Assembly (NCBI GenBank): GCA_034437655.1
Contig: DAOTTU010000044.1
Coordinates: forward strand, 132,093-196,092
Reading direction: 5' to 3'
Length of the DNA: 64,000 bases
Source of the DNA: Anaerolineae bacterium
GTDB taxonomy: Bacteria; Chloroflexota; Anaerolineae; Aggregatilineales; J027
The notes under the pieces are model-generated. The model ran no database searches. It worked only from the letters and a program-made list of their open reading frames with translations, and was not told the DNA's origin. This document shows positions 19,022 to 28,600 of the stretch, in pieces; the first letter of the stretch is position 1, and the number at the start of each line of letters is the position of its first letter. A program made the position numbers and the translations under genes.

Positions 19022-19056
19022 AGCACTAACTCTAAAAATCCAATAGGTATCGCAAG

Positions 19057-19087
19057 CGGTACTGACCTGCGGGTTGGTACCGTTTTG
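19057..19087 (+). terminator. candidate rho-independent terminator after the BMP gene
   Basis: CGGTAC-14 nt loop-GTACCG followed by TTTT. The stem is short. Confidence 0.4.
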
Positions 19088-19092
19088 CATTG

Positions 19093-19635
19093 TCAGACTG
19101 TCATGTTTTCTTCAATAAACGGTTCTTGCAAGTATTCCAGCGCAAGCAGCTTGCGGCTCTCACCGAGATAGTATATCGCGACAAAATGGTCGGCGGTGAG
19201 TATGTCGTAGAGTGCTTTTTGCACGATGAAATCCTGATCCTGAACGCCGATAGTATAGTCAGTTTGATTGCGCACATGTAACCACAGTTTACCTTCTACG
19301 CTGTGGACGTTGTTCTGCGCCACGTCATTGCTCACGATGCGTTGCCGACTCCGCAGCATAAGGACAGCCCGCAAAAAGCCAATTGTCCAACTGAGGGCGA
19401 AGATACCACTCAGCATATAGACCAGATCATCCTGGAAGAGCAACGATAACACCAGCGGCAAAATGAGCGGGAATAGGTAGAGGCTAGCCAGGCCGCGCCA
19501 GAATGTCATCCGTTGCGCCTGGATACGCTCAGACTGGTTCAGCCCGACTTCACCCTTTCGGTTGGCGGCAAGGTCTTCAGGGGTCAGGCCCAGTAGCCAT
19601 TGAATTTGCTGATTTTTGGATTCAGATTCAAGCAT
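19093..19635 (-). CDS. hypothetical membrane protein
   Basis: 180-aa ORF with two central hydrophobic helices (LYLFPLILPLVLSLLF, LSGIFALSWTIGFLRAVLML). No recognised family. Confidence 0.55.
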   Translation of the reverse strand: MLESESKNQQIQWLLGLTPEDLAANRKGEVGLNQSERIQAQRMTFWRGLASLYLFPLILPLVLSLLFQDDLVYMLSGIFALSWTIGFLRAVLMLRSRQRIVSNDVAQNNVHSVEGKLWLHVRNQTDYTIGVQDQDFIVQKALYDILTADHFVAIYYLGESRKLLALEYLQEPFIEENMTV

Positions 19636-19723
19636 GGTTGCACTTTCAAAACGTTAGCAGGATGCAGAGTTCGTGTTAAAATTTGAAAAATGGTAATTGA
19701 CGAGTATTGACTGTTGAGGATAC

Positions 19724-20920
19724 ATGGCAACTGTAACGAACAAAACCACGTTTTTAGAAGAACAACTCGATGAACTCCGTGAGCAAGGACTATTTAACAC
19801 CATCCGCACCATTGAAAGCCCGATGGATGGGCGTATTGTGGTGGATGGTAAGCCCGTTATCAATTTCTGCGCTAACAACTATCTTGGCCTCGCGAACCAT
19901 CCACGCTTGTTGCAAGCTGCCAAGGATGCCATTGATGCATATGGCATTGGTCCCGGTGCAGTCCGTACGATTGCGGGGACAATGAACCTGCACACGCAAC
20001 TTGAAGAACGGTTGGCTGCGTTCAAAGGTGTAGAGGCAAGTATCACCCTGCAAAGTGGGTTCACGGCGAACCTTGCCACCATTCCGGCACTGGTTGGACG
20101 TGGCGATGTCATCTTTTCGGATGGGTTGAACCACGCCAGCATCATTGATGGCTGCCGCCTGAGCCGTGCGAAGATTATCGCCTACGAACACAACAATATT
20201 GCTGATCTGCGTGAAAAGATCGCCGCTGCGCGTGAAGCTGGCGAATATAGCCGTTATCTGATTGTGTCGGATGGCGTTTTCAGCATGGACGGTGATATTG
20301 CCGATCTCCCAGCGTTGTATGAAGTCGCACAGGAATTTGACGCGCTGCTGATGGTCGATGATGCGCATGGCGAAGGCGTACTTGGTCATGGTGGGCGTGG
20401 GATTGTGGACCATTTTGGGCTACACGGGAAAGTTGACATCGAAGTTGGCACGATGAGCAAAGCCTTTGGTGTTGTCGGCGGTATTGTGGCAGGCAAGCAG
20501 GTCATTATTGACTGGATTCGCCAGCGTGGGCGGCCATTCCTGTTTTCCAGCGCGATGACCGTGCCCGATGTGGCCGCATGTCTGGAAGCGGTCGATTTGC
20601 TCGAAAGCTCAACCGAACTGGTTGACCGCTTATGGGCGAATGGCGAACGCTTCAAGCAGGGGATGCAGGCGCTTGGCTTCGATACCGGACACACAACTAC
20701 GCCAATCATCCCGGTGATGCTCTACGATGAGAAAACCGCGCAGCAATTCAGCAAACGTCTATTTGAAGAAGGCGTCTTTGCAATGGCGATTGCCTACCCG
20801 ACGGTAGCACGTGGGGCTGCTCGTATCCGGGTGATGAACACCGCCGCCCATACCGACGCCGATATTGACGAAGCACTTGGTATCTTTGAGAAAGTTGGCC
20901 GTGAGCTTGAGGTCATTTAG
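19724..20920 (+). CDS. kbl: glycine C-acetyltransferase (2-amino-3-ketobutyrate CoA ligase)
   Basis: GAGGA RBS upstream. The blocks NFCANNYLGLANHP, FTANLATIPAL, DGLNHASIIDG, DDAHGEGVLG and GTMSKAFG (PLP lysine) fit the alpha-oxoamine synthase family, closest to Kbl. Confidence 0.85.
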   Translation: MATVTNKTTFLEEQLDELREQGLFNTIRTIESPMDGRIVVDGKPVINFCANNYLGLANHPRLLQAAKDAIDAYGIGPGAVRTIAGTMNLHTQLEERLAAFKGVEASITLQSGFTANLATIPALVGRGDVIFSDGLNHASIIDGCRLSRAKIIAYEHNNIADLREKIAAAREAGEYSRYLIVSDGVFSMDGDIADLPALYEVAQEFDALLMVDDAHGEGVLGHGGRGIVDHFGLHGKVDIEVGTMSKAFGVVGGIVAGKQVIIDWIRQRGRPFLFSSAMTVPDVAACLEAVDLLESSTELVDRLWANGERFKQGMQALGFDTGHTTTPIIPVMLYDEKTAQQFSKRLFEEGVFAMAIAYPTVARGAARIRVMNTAAHTDADIDEALGIFEKVGRELEVI

Positions 20921-21238
20921 ATGGGCCGTGATTTTGAGTTATATGATTTACGGGTGACAGTTGAAGAAATTCGCGGGCGGTCGGTGTGCGGCTTGCAGGT
21001 TGGGGATTATTTCGAAGTTACCGAAAGCAATCGGTTACGGATTCCGGCCGGCAAGCACTTTTGTATGTATGCGCTGAGTGCTGTACTACCCTTGTTGGCC
21101 GCCAAACAACGTGATCTTGCTGAAAATGATTGGCTGGCGCGGGATGCGCTGGTTGCGTGCCCTGACCCCGACGAAGGACTGATTATGCGGATTGAACGTA
21201 CCACTCGCCGCACGTTAGATAGCGACGAGTTAACCTGA
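20921..21238 (+). CDS. TIGR04076-family small Cys-containing protein
   Basis: ATG directly abuts the kbl stop. The blocks VTVEEIRGRSVCG..VGDYFEV, GKHFCMYALSAVLPLL and VACPDPDEGLIMRIER match my recollection of the TIGR04076 family pattern. Confidence 0.6.
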   Translation: MGRDFELYDLRVTVEEIRGRSVCGLQVGDYFEVTESNRLRIPAGKHFCMYALSAVLPLLAAKQRDLAENDWLARDALVACPDPDEGLIMRIERTTRRTLDSDELT

Positions 21239-22254
21239 TGCCGAAACTGAGTATTGCCTTTCAGACGGACAAAAGTGCCGCCGAGTATATCGCGCTGGCA
21301 CAACAGGTCAATCAGTATGACGTTGATGCAGTCACGGTCTATGCTGACTTGCCCTATCATCCGAGCTTCGGCCCGCTGATGCTGATGGCACCGCACATTG
21401 AACGCGCTCCTATTGGGGTTTCGGCGATTCCCGTCTCGCGGATGCACCCGGTTGACATTGCCGCGAATCTGGCTTTGCTGGCTGATGTCGCGCAGGCGGG
21501 AGTATATATCGGCGTGGGGCGTGGCGCATGGTTAAAAGATCACGGTTATATCGAGCGGCGGCCACCCCTCGCAGCGGTGCGCGAAGCGATTGACATTATC
21601 CGGCTGTTGTTGCGTGGCGAAACGGGTGGCTATCAGGGTGAGGCTTTCCAGCTTGCCGAACATGTGCGCGTCGGTTACCCTTTGCCCCCTGAGCCAGATA
21701 GTATCCCGGTGTTAGTCGGTACATGGGGGCCTAAACTGTCTGCGATTGCGGGCGAAATTGCGGATGAGGTTAAAATTGGCGGTTCGGCGAACGCGGATGT
21801 AGTGCCTGTGATGCAGGAATATATCGCGGTTGGTGAAGAGCGTGCCGGGCGTGCCCACGGGACAGCCGGCGTGGTGGTGGGCGCGGTATGTGTCTGTGAC
21901 CACGACCGTGAACTGGCCCGGGCAGCGGCGCGACGTTCGGTGGCGCTGTATTTGCCCGTTGTGGCGTCTTTAGACCCGACGGTGACTGTTGACCCGGAAC
22001 TGGTCCAAAAACTGCAAATTTGCGCCAATGCAGGCGACTGGGAGGGTGCGGCCGCGCTTATCTCAGACGAGATGCTTGAAAAGTTCGCCTTTGCGGGTAA
22101 TCCCGACGACATTATTCGCCAGACAGAATCACTTTTCGCGGCAAGCGCATCGCGGGTAGAGTTCGGCACGCCGCATGGCTTAAATTCTGCTGAAGGCTTG
22201 AGACTCCTCGGTGAAACTGTTATACCGGCCGTGAGAAGCAACTGGAAACCATAG
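21238..22254 (+). CDS. LLM-class (luciferase-like, likely F420/flavin-dependent) oxidoreductase
   Basis: The start overlaps the upstream stop (TGATG). The length, TIM-barrel pattern and similarity to Mer-like LLM proteins support the call (GVSAIPVSRMHPV, VLVGTWGPKLSAIAGEIADEVKIGG). Confidence 0.7.
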   Translation: MPKLSIAFQTDKSAAEYIALAQQVNQYDVDAVTVYADLPYHPSFGPLMLMAPHIERAPIGVSAIPVSRMHPVDIAANLALLADVAQAGVYIGVGRGAWLKDHGYIERRPPLAAVREAIDIIRLLLRGETGGYQGEAFQLAEHVRVGYPLPPEPDSIPVLVGTWGPKLSAIAGEIADEVKIGGSANADVVPVMQEYIAVGEERAGRAHGTAGVVVGAVCVCDHDRELARAAARRSVALYLPVVASLDPTVTVDPELVQKLQICANAGDWEGAAALISDEMLEKFAFAGNPDDIIRQTESLFAASASRVEFGTPHGLNSAEGLRLLGETVIPAVRSNWKP

Positions 22255-22272
22255 CCAAAAGGATTCCCTGAC

Positions 22273-22491
22273 ATGGCAGACAAAAAATCATTGATGTGGG
22301 CGCACAATGGCGAGACGCTGGGCGCAGAAATTGACTTCGACGCGCAAAAAATCTACTGGTTCGATGCAGTTGGTTGTGCCTGTAGCACCCATACGGATGT
22401 GCAGAGCTTTGCTGATTACCGCGAAAACGGCTCACGGCTGGGTGTACTGCCGCAAGATGTGCAGGCAACGCTCACCGAGGCAACACGCTAG
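22273..22491 (+). CDS. hypothetical small protein (72 aa)
   Basis: AAGGA RBS upstream and a strong terminator downstream. No family recognised. Confidence 0.45.
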   Translation: MADKKSLMWAHNGETLGAEIDFDAQKIYWFDAVGCACSTHTDVQSFADYRENGSRLGVLPQDVQATLTEATR

Positions 22492-22522
22492 TCCGCTCCA
22501 TCAATCGAAATATCATATAGAC

Positions 22523-22568
22523 GAAAAAACCGCCCCTGCGAACGATGCAGGCAGCGGTTCTTTTTTTG
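22523..22568. terminator. bidirectional rho-independent terminator
   Basis: AAAAAA-CCGCCCCTGC-GAACGA-TGCAGGCAGCGG-TTCTTTTTTTG, lying between the convergent 22273-22491 (+) gene and the giant gene (-). Confidence 0.75.
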
Positions 22569-22648
22569 TCCTGATTGGTTTCTCAGGGAGAACGGTCAGG
22601 TGGTAGCCGGGTGGCCACCACGAGACCGCATTGGGGGCAGGGAGAGGT

Positions 22649-25600
22649 TTACTCTCCGCCGCGACTGGCGTTTTCTTCAGCCGGGCTGTTCTGCGGGTGC
22701 TGGTCCAGCTCTTCAGCCGTGGTCAGACGGTTCGCTTCTTCGTCTACGATGATCGCATCTGCATCAATCGGCAGCGCGTTCGTCGAGAAGATGTTGGCGT
22801 CCAACCGCTCCTCGGTGCTATCCACGTCAGAGGTGAAGACGACTTCGGTGGATTCGCAGTACCAGGTCGGTGAGTAGTCTGGGATGTCGTTTTCCGTGAT
22901 CAGGCGGGTTACTTCACTCTCGAATTCGTAGGCGTAGATGTCGAGATCACCGTCCAGATTACTCTGGTAGGCGAAAATCTCATCATCGGGCGACCATACA
23001 GCGTTCGAAGCAAAGCCTGCCGGGTCGGAGACCATTTCCACGTTCTGGCCATCGCTGTCCATCACGTAGATCACGCTGCTGTCCGGCGAAGCGGTGCGGC
23101 GGAACAGGATGCGGTCACCCTCGTTGGAGTACATCGCATCACGGTCGTTGCCTTCACCGTCGCTGAGGCGCGTGGTGACCGGGAAGCCGTTTTCGTCTTC
23201 CGCGCTCAGGTCGAGTTCGTAGATCTGGAAGATACCAGCGCGGTCACGGTCGCTCTGGAACAGCAGCTTCGTGCCATCAGGATGCCAGAAGGCGTTGATG
23301 TCAGAAGCGGGGCTGTCGGTGAGCTGGCGTTCCATGCCAGTACGGACATCCAGCAAGTAGAGGTCGTATTGGCCATCGCGGGCAGATTCGTAGACGACGT
23401 AGTTACCACCGTCAGCGTCTGCGCCTGGTGACCAGACCGGGTCGATGTCCACGGCGACGTCGTTGTACGTCACCCGTTGGATGATGTTACCGCTGTTGAC
23501 GTTATCAACCGGCGCAACGTAGATTTCCCAGTTACCGTCACGGACGGAGGCAAAAGCGATCCATTGCCCGTCGGGTGAGCGGCTTGGTGCGAAGTCATGG
23601 ATGCGCGGTGTTTCGTCACCCTGCGACAGGTTCGGGTTGTCATCAGGGAACTCGTCATCACCGCCGAGGCGGAAAATTTCCCAGTTACCCGTAGTGTTGG
23701 TGTGGTAAATCAGCCAATCCGGGCAGGTTGCTTCACCGATGCTGAGCGGGGTCCATGGCGCGCGTGTCAACGGGGTGTCATCACAGCCAGCCGGGTCCAT
23801 GTCAACGATCGGGAAACCATACTCGTCAAAGATGATTTCGCCACAAACATCGGGCACTTCAGCAACCGGGGTCGCTGTCGTTGGGGTTTCGGGCACACAG
23901 TCGGCCACGGTTGTACGTGCGCTCGGGCCGCTGGCGAGTTGGATTTCAAGAGCGAAGGTGCCTTCTACGAACGGAACGAAGATCATTTCCTGCGCGTCTT
24001 CACCGAGAACAACACTGCCTTCGAGTACCTGAACATTGTCCTGGTTAAAGACCTGCCAGGAAACTTCGTCGTCACTCAGGGCCATGTCGCCGCCACGGTT
24101 GAAGATGGTGAAGGTTGCTGATGCATCGTCGTTGCAGAAGCCTGCGATTTCGATGTCCGCTTCTTCGAAGCAGATGGTTGTTACCGTTTCGCTGAATTCG
24201 AGGATTTCGAAGGTCAGCGTACCCGGGGTCACGGTCGTGGTAGAGAATTCTTCGCCGTTGTCCAGGCTGATAACGCCGGATTCGATGGTGCCAGTTTCAT
24301 CAGAGAGGGTGTAGGTCACGTCTTCGATGGTTGGGCCACCTGTGTTCACGACAGTGAAAGTGGCTTCACCCGTTTCTGGGACACAGACACCACTTGCGGT
24401 GAGGTCTGGCGGCCAGCAGGTGTCGCGTTCAATGTTGATACCCAGTTCGGGGATGCTGAACGTGAAGCTGCCTTCTTCGTTGCTGAGTGTGACGGTTTCG
24501 GTCGCACCCGGGGCAACGGTGATTTCGCCTTCAGCGGTGACACCCGTCTGGTAGACCACGCTCCAGACGTAGCTGGTCGGGTCAATGAACGGACCACCGT
24601 CGTTGGTGATTGAAATCACGGGTTCGGTTTCTTCACAGACAGCACTGGCGCTGACTTCCGGTGGGAAGCAGTTGTCGAACTCAATCGTTTGGTCGAGTAC
24701 ACCAGCGTCGGTTGAGTACGTCAGGCTGGCGGTTGCCGTGCCCTTGTCACTGTCGATCTGGAAGGTTTCTGTACCGGCCTGGTCGAGCTGGAAGTCGAAG
24801 CTGGCAGTTTCACCGGTCTGGTAAGTGACCTCAACTGTTTCGCTGGCAAGCATCGGGCCGCCGTTGTTGACGACGGTGATGATACCGGCGTTCAGTTCAG
24901 TGTCACAGACACCGCTCAATGCGAGTTCTGGTGGGAAGCAGTTGTCAATCGAAATTGACCGCTGTTCTTCAGAACCATCGTTGAGCGTGACGGTAACGTC
25001 GCCCTTATCGTTATCCAGTTCAAAGCGTGCGTTGCTGTCGGCGTCAAGCTGAATGCCTTCAATGGTCGCCGTGTCACCCGTTTCATATTCCACAGTCAGT
25101 GAAACTGGCGTGATGATGGGGCCGCCACTGTTGGTCAGTGTGACGACAGGTGTGTTGCCTTCGCAGACACCGTCGAGTGCAAGTTCCGGCGGGAAGCAGT
25201 TTTCGACATCAATGGTCTCTTCAAGGCTGTTGAGCGTCACCGATACGTTGCCCTGATCGTTATTCAAGGTGTAGGTTTCGGTTTCGCCTTCGTCCAGCAT
25301 GAAGGAGATCGTTGTGTCGTCACCGACTTCGTAGTCAATGTTCAGGGTTTCTTCGCTGAACATCGGGCCACCGTTGTTCGTGACTTCTGCGATAGGTGTG
25401 TTGCCTTCGCAGTAGGCATCAAACGTCAGGCTTGGCGGGTTACAGTTCTCAACGTCGATAATGGTTTCGGTTCCGGCGTGCATCACCGTAATCGCACCCT
25501 TATCATTGTCGAGGTCGAAGCGCTGGCTGCTTTCGGCACCGAGTTCGAAGGTGAATTCAATCGCGCCTTCGTCGTCCTGTGCGTAGTCAACCATCACCAC

Positions 25601-28600
25601 ATCTGGTTCGGCCATCGGACCACCGTCGTTGAACACTTCAACATAGGCTGCTGTACCATCACACTGCGCTTCAACGCGGAGTTCTGGCGGGTAGCAGTTG
25701 TCCGTTGTTGCAGAGGCTTCGATACCAAAGTCGGGCATTTCGAAGCTGACGGCACCGCCGAGGTTGCTGAATTCAAGGGTGACACTTTCACCAGCCGGGA
25801 CGCTGACCATACCAGATTCTGCTGGTAGATCGAACGCATAGGTGGCGTTCCACGGGTATTCAGCGGGGCTGTACATCGGGCCACCATCGTTGAAGACAGT
25901 GATTGCGGGTACAGGTGCGCCTTCATCCGTCAGGCATGTCGGTTCAGCACGGAGCACAGGCGGGTTACAGTCGGTAACGTCAAGCGTCTTGGTCAGGGCT
26001 GGGTCAAAGGCGCCAACCGTGACATTGCCTTGATCGTTGTTCAGGACGATCCGCTCAGTTTCGCCTTGATCCAGTTGGAAGTCGATAGTTGTGTCATCGC
26101 CGACTTCGTAGTCTACGGTGAGCACAATCGGGTCGAGCATCGGGCCACCCTGGCTGTTATCCAGCGTCAGGACGATGTCCGTGCCTTCTTCACAGACCAG
26201 GTTGAAGTCTGGTTGTGGTGGGAAGCAGTTTTCGATGCTGATTTCGTCGGTCACAGTGGTGACGTCATCGCGACCTTCGGCCGGGTATTGCAGCGTAATG
26301 GTAATGTCACCACGTTCGTTGCTTAAGCCGTCAATCGGGAATTCTTCACCAGCAGTCAGCGGCGGGAAGGTACCTTCAACCGGGTCACCGACCTCATACG
26401 TAATGGTGTAGCTACCGTCAAGGTGCGTTGGGCCATTGCTGTTGAGGATGCTGGCGACAGGTGTCGTGCCTTCGCAGACGCCTTCCAGAACGGGTTCTGG
26501 TGGGAAGCAGTTTTCAGCCGAGGCCGAAATTTCTGTCCCGTCGAAGCTAACTGTTACTGTGCCAAGCGTGTTGGTCAGATCCAGGACTTCGCTTTCGCCT
26601 TCACCAAGTTGGATTTCATTGCTGAAGTCTTGCTCACCGAACTGGTAGTCCACGGTGTAGGACAGTACATCGAGCATCGGGCCACCGAGGTTGTCGATGG
26701 AGCCAACAAGGTTTGTGCCTTCACATTGGACATTCAGCGAGACATTCGACTCGTTACAGTTTTCGAGGTCAATGCTGCTGCGTTGCCCTTCAAGGCTGAG
26801 CGAGACATTACCAAACTGGTCGCTGAGCTGGTCGGTCAAGGGGAATTCTTCACCCGGACCAAGCGCGGGGATGTCGATGGTTGTCGGATCACCAGCACTG
26901 TATTCAACGCTGACAGTCGTACCTTCGAGCATCTGACCACCGTTGTTGACCACAACCGCCGTTGGTGCGTCGTCAACACACTGACCTGTCAGTTGCAAGT
27001 CGGGTGGTTCGCAGTAGGGCACTGGAACAATGATTGGGTCGAACCCATCTTGTGCCAGGGTTAGCGTTGCGCCACCACGGTTAGCGTCGAGGTCGAAACT
27101 GGTTTCGCCACCTTCGCCAAGCGTGAAGGGCAGTTGCGCGGTTTCGCCGTCTTCGTAGAGTACGTCGATAACCTGTTCCTCAAGCATCGCGCCGCCGCTG
27201 TTGGTCACAGTGACTTCGACAAAGCTCTGACCTTCATCGACTTCAACACACTGATGTGTGATGTCGAGTGCTGGCGGGTTGCAGTAGGGCACAACCTGTG
27301 CTTCCTGCTCACCGTAAGAGACAGTCGCGCTACCCTTGTTCGGGTCGAGGTCGAAGGTCTGGCTGCCAGCGTCGTCGAATTGGAATTCGATCTGGCTGGT
27401 TTCGCCATTTTCGTACTCAACGTTGATGAACTCAGGTTCAAACATCGGGCCACCGCTATTGACGACTGTCACTACACCGAGATCACGTTCAGCATCGCAT
27501 TGTGCGGAGAACGTAATTTCAGGCGGGTTACAGCTCGTAACGTCGGCTGTACGTGTCAGCAGTTCAGATTCAATGCTGACGGTTACATCGCCAAGGTCAT
27601 TGGCAAGTGTGATAGTGTCGGTTTCACCAGCGTCCAGTTGGAAGGGCACGGTGTCGTTCGGGCCATTGGCATAGGTAACGTTGAGCGTCAGTTCCTCGAA
27701 CATCGGACCACCGTTGGTGTTGTCCAGTGTCAGGATGACGTCAGTACCGTCAACACATGCCAGGCTGAAGTCAGGTTGCGGCGGGAAGCAGTTTTCAATC
27801 GTGATTTCGTCGGACTGCTCGCCGTCGGGGTACGCCATTGTGATGGATACATCACCCAGGTCGTTACGTAGGTTCGGGATTGGGAAGTCTTCGCCAGCGT
27901 TGAGCGGGCCGAAGGAGGCTTCTACGTTGTCGTTCGCGGTACCTTCACTGTAGGTGACGGTGTAGGTGCCGGAAATCTGTGCAGGGCCGCCGTCGTTCAC
28001 GATGGAAGCGACCGGGCTGGTGCCTTCACAGACGCCGCTGAGCGTCAAATCTGGCGGGAAGCAGTTTTCGGTGCTAGCGGTCAGTTGCAGTTCAGCGATG
28101 CTAAGGGTCACATCACCGCGTTCGTTGCTGAAGTCGAGTACCTGGCGACCTTCCTCGAATTCAACCGTTCCGCTGACAGTCGTTTGACCGTTTGCATCCG
28201 GGTATTCGTAGGTGATCGTGTAGGTCAGGTCTTCAAGCAGCGGGCCGCCATTGTTGGTGATTTCACCGATAACGTTGGTGCCGTCACATTGGACGTTCAG
28301 CCCAATTTCGGACTCGTTACAGTTTTCGAGTGAAACCGTTGTTGGCGTTTCAGCAGCCGCAAACTCTGGATCAAGTACCAGGGTTAGCGCACCACGCGCA
28401 TTGCTGAGCTGGTCGCTGATGTCAACGCTGCCATCCGGGCCGAGTGGGTCAATGGTGATGGTCTGCGGGTTGCCGCCATCTTCGTATGTCACCGTAACGG
28501 TCGTGCTGTCGAGCATCTGGCCACCATTGTTGGTGATGGATGCTGTCGGGACCTGATTTTCGGTGTCACACTGACCAGTGATGACCAGGGCCGGTGGGTT

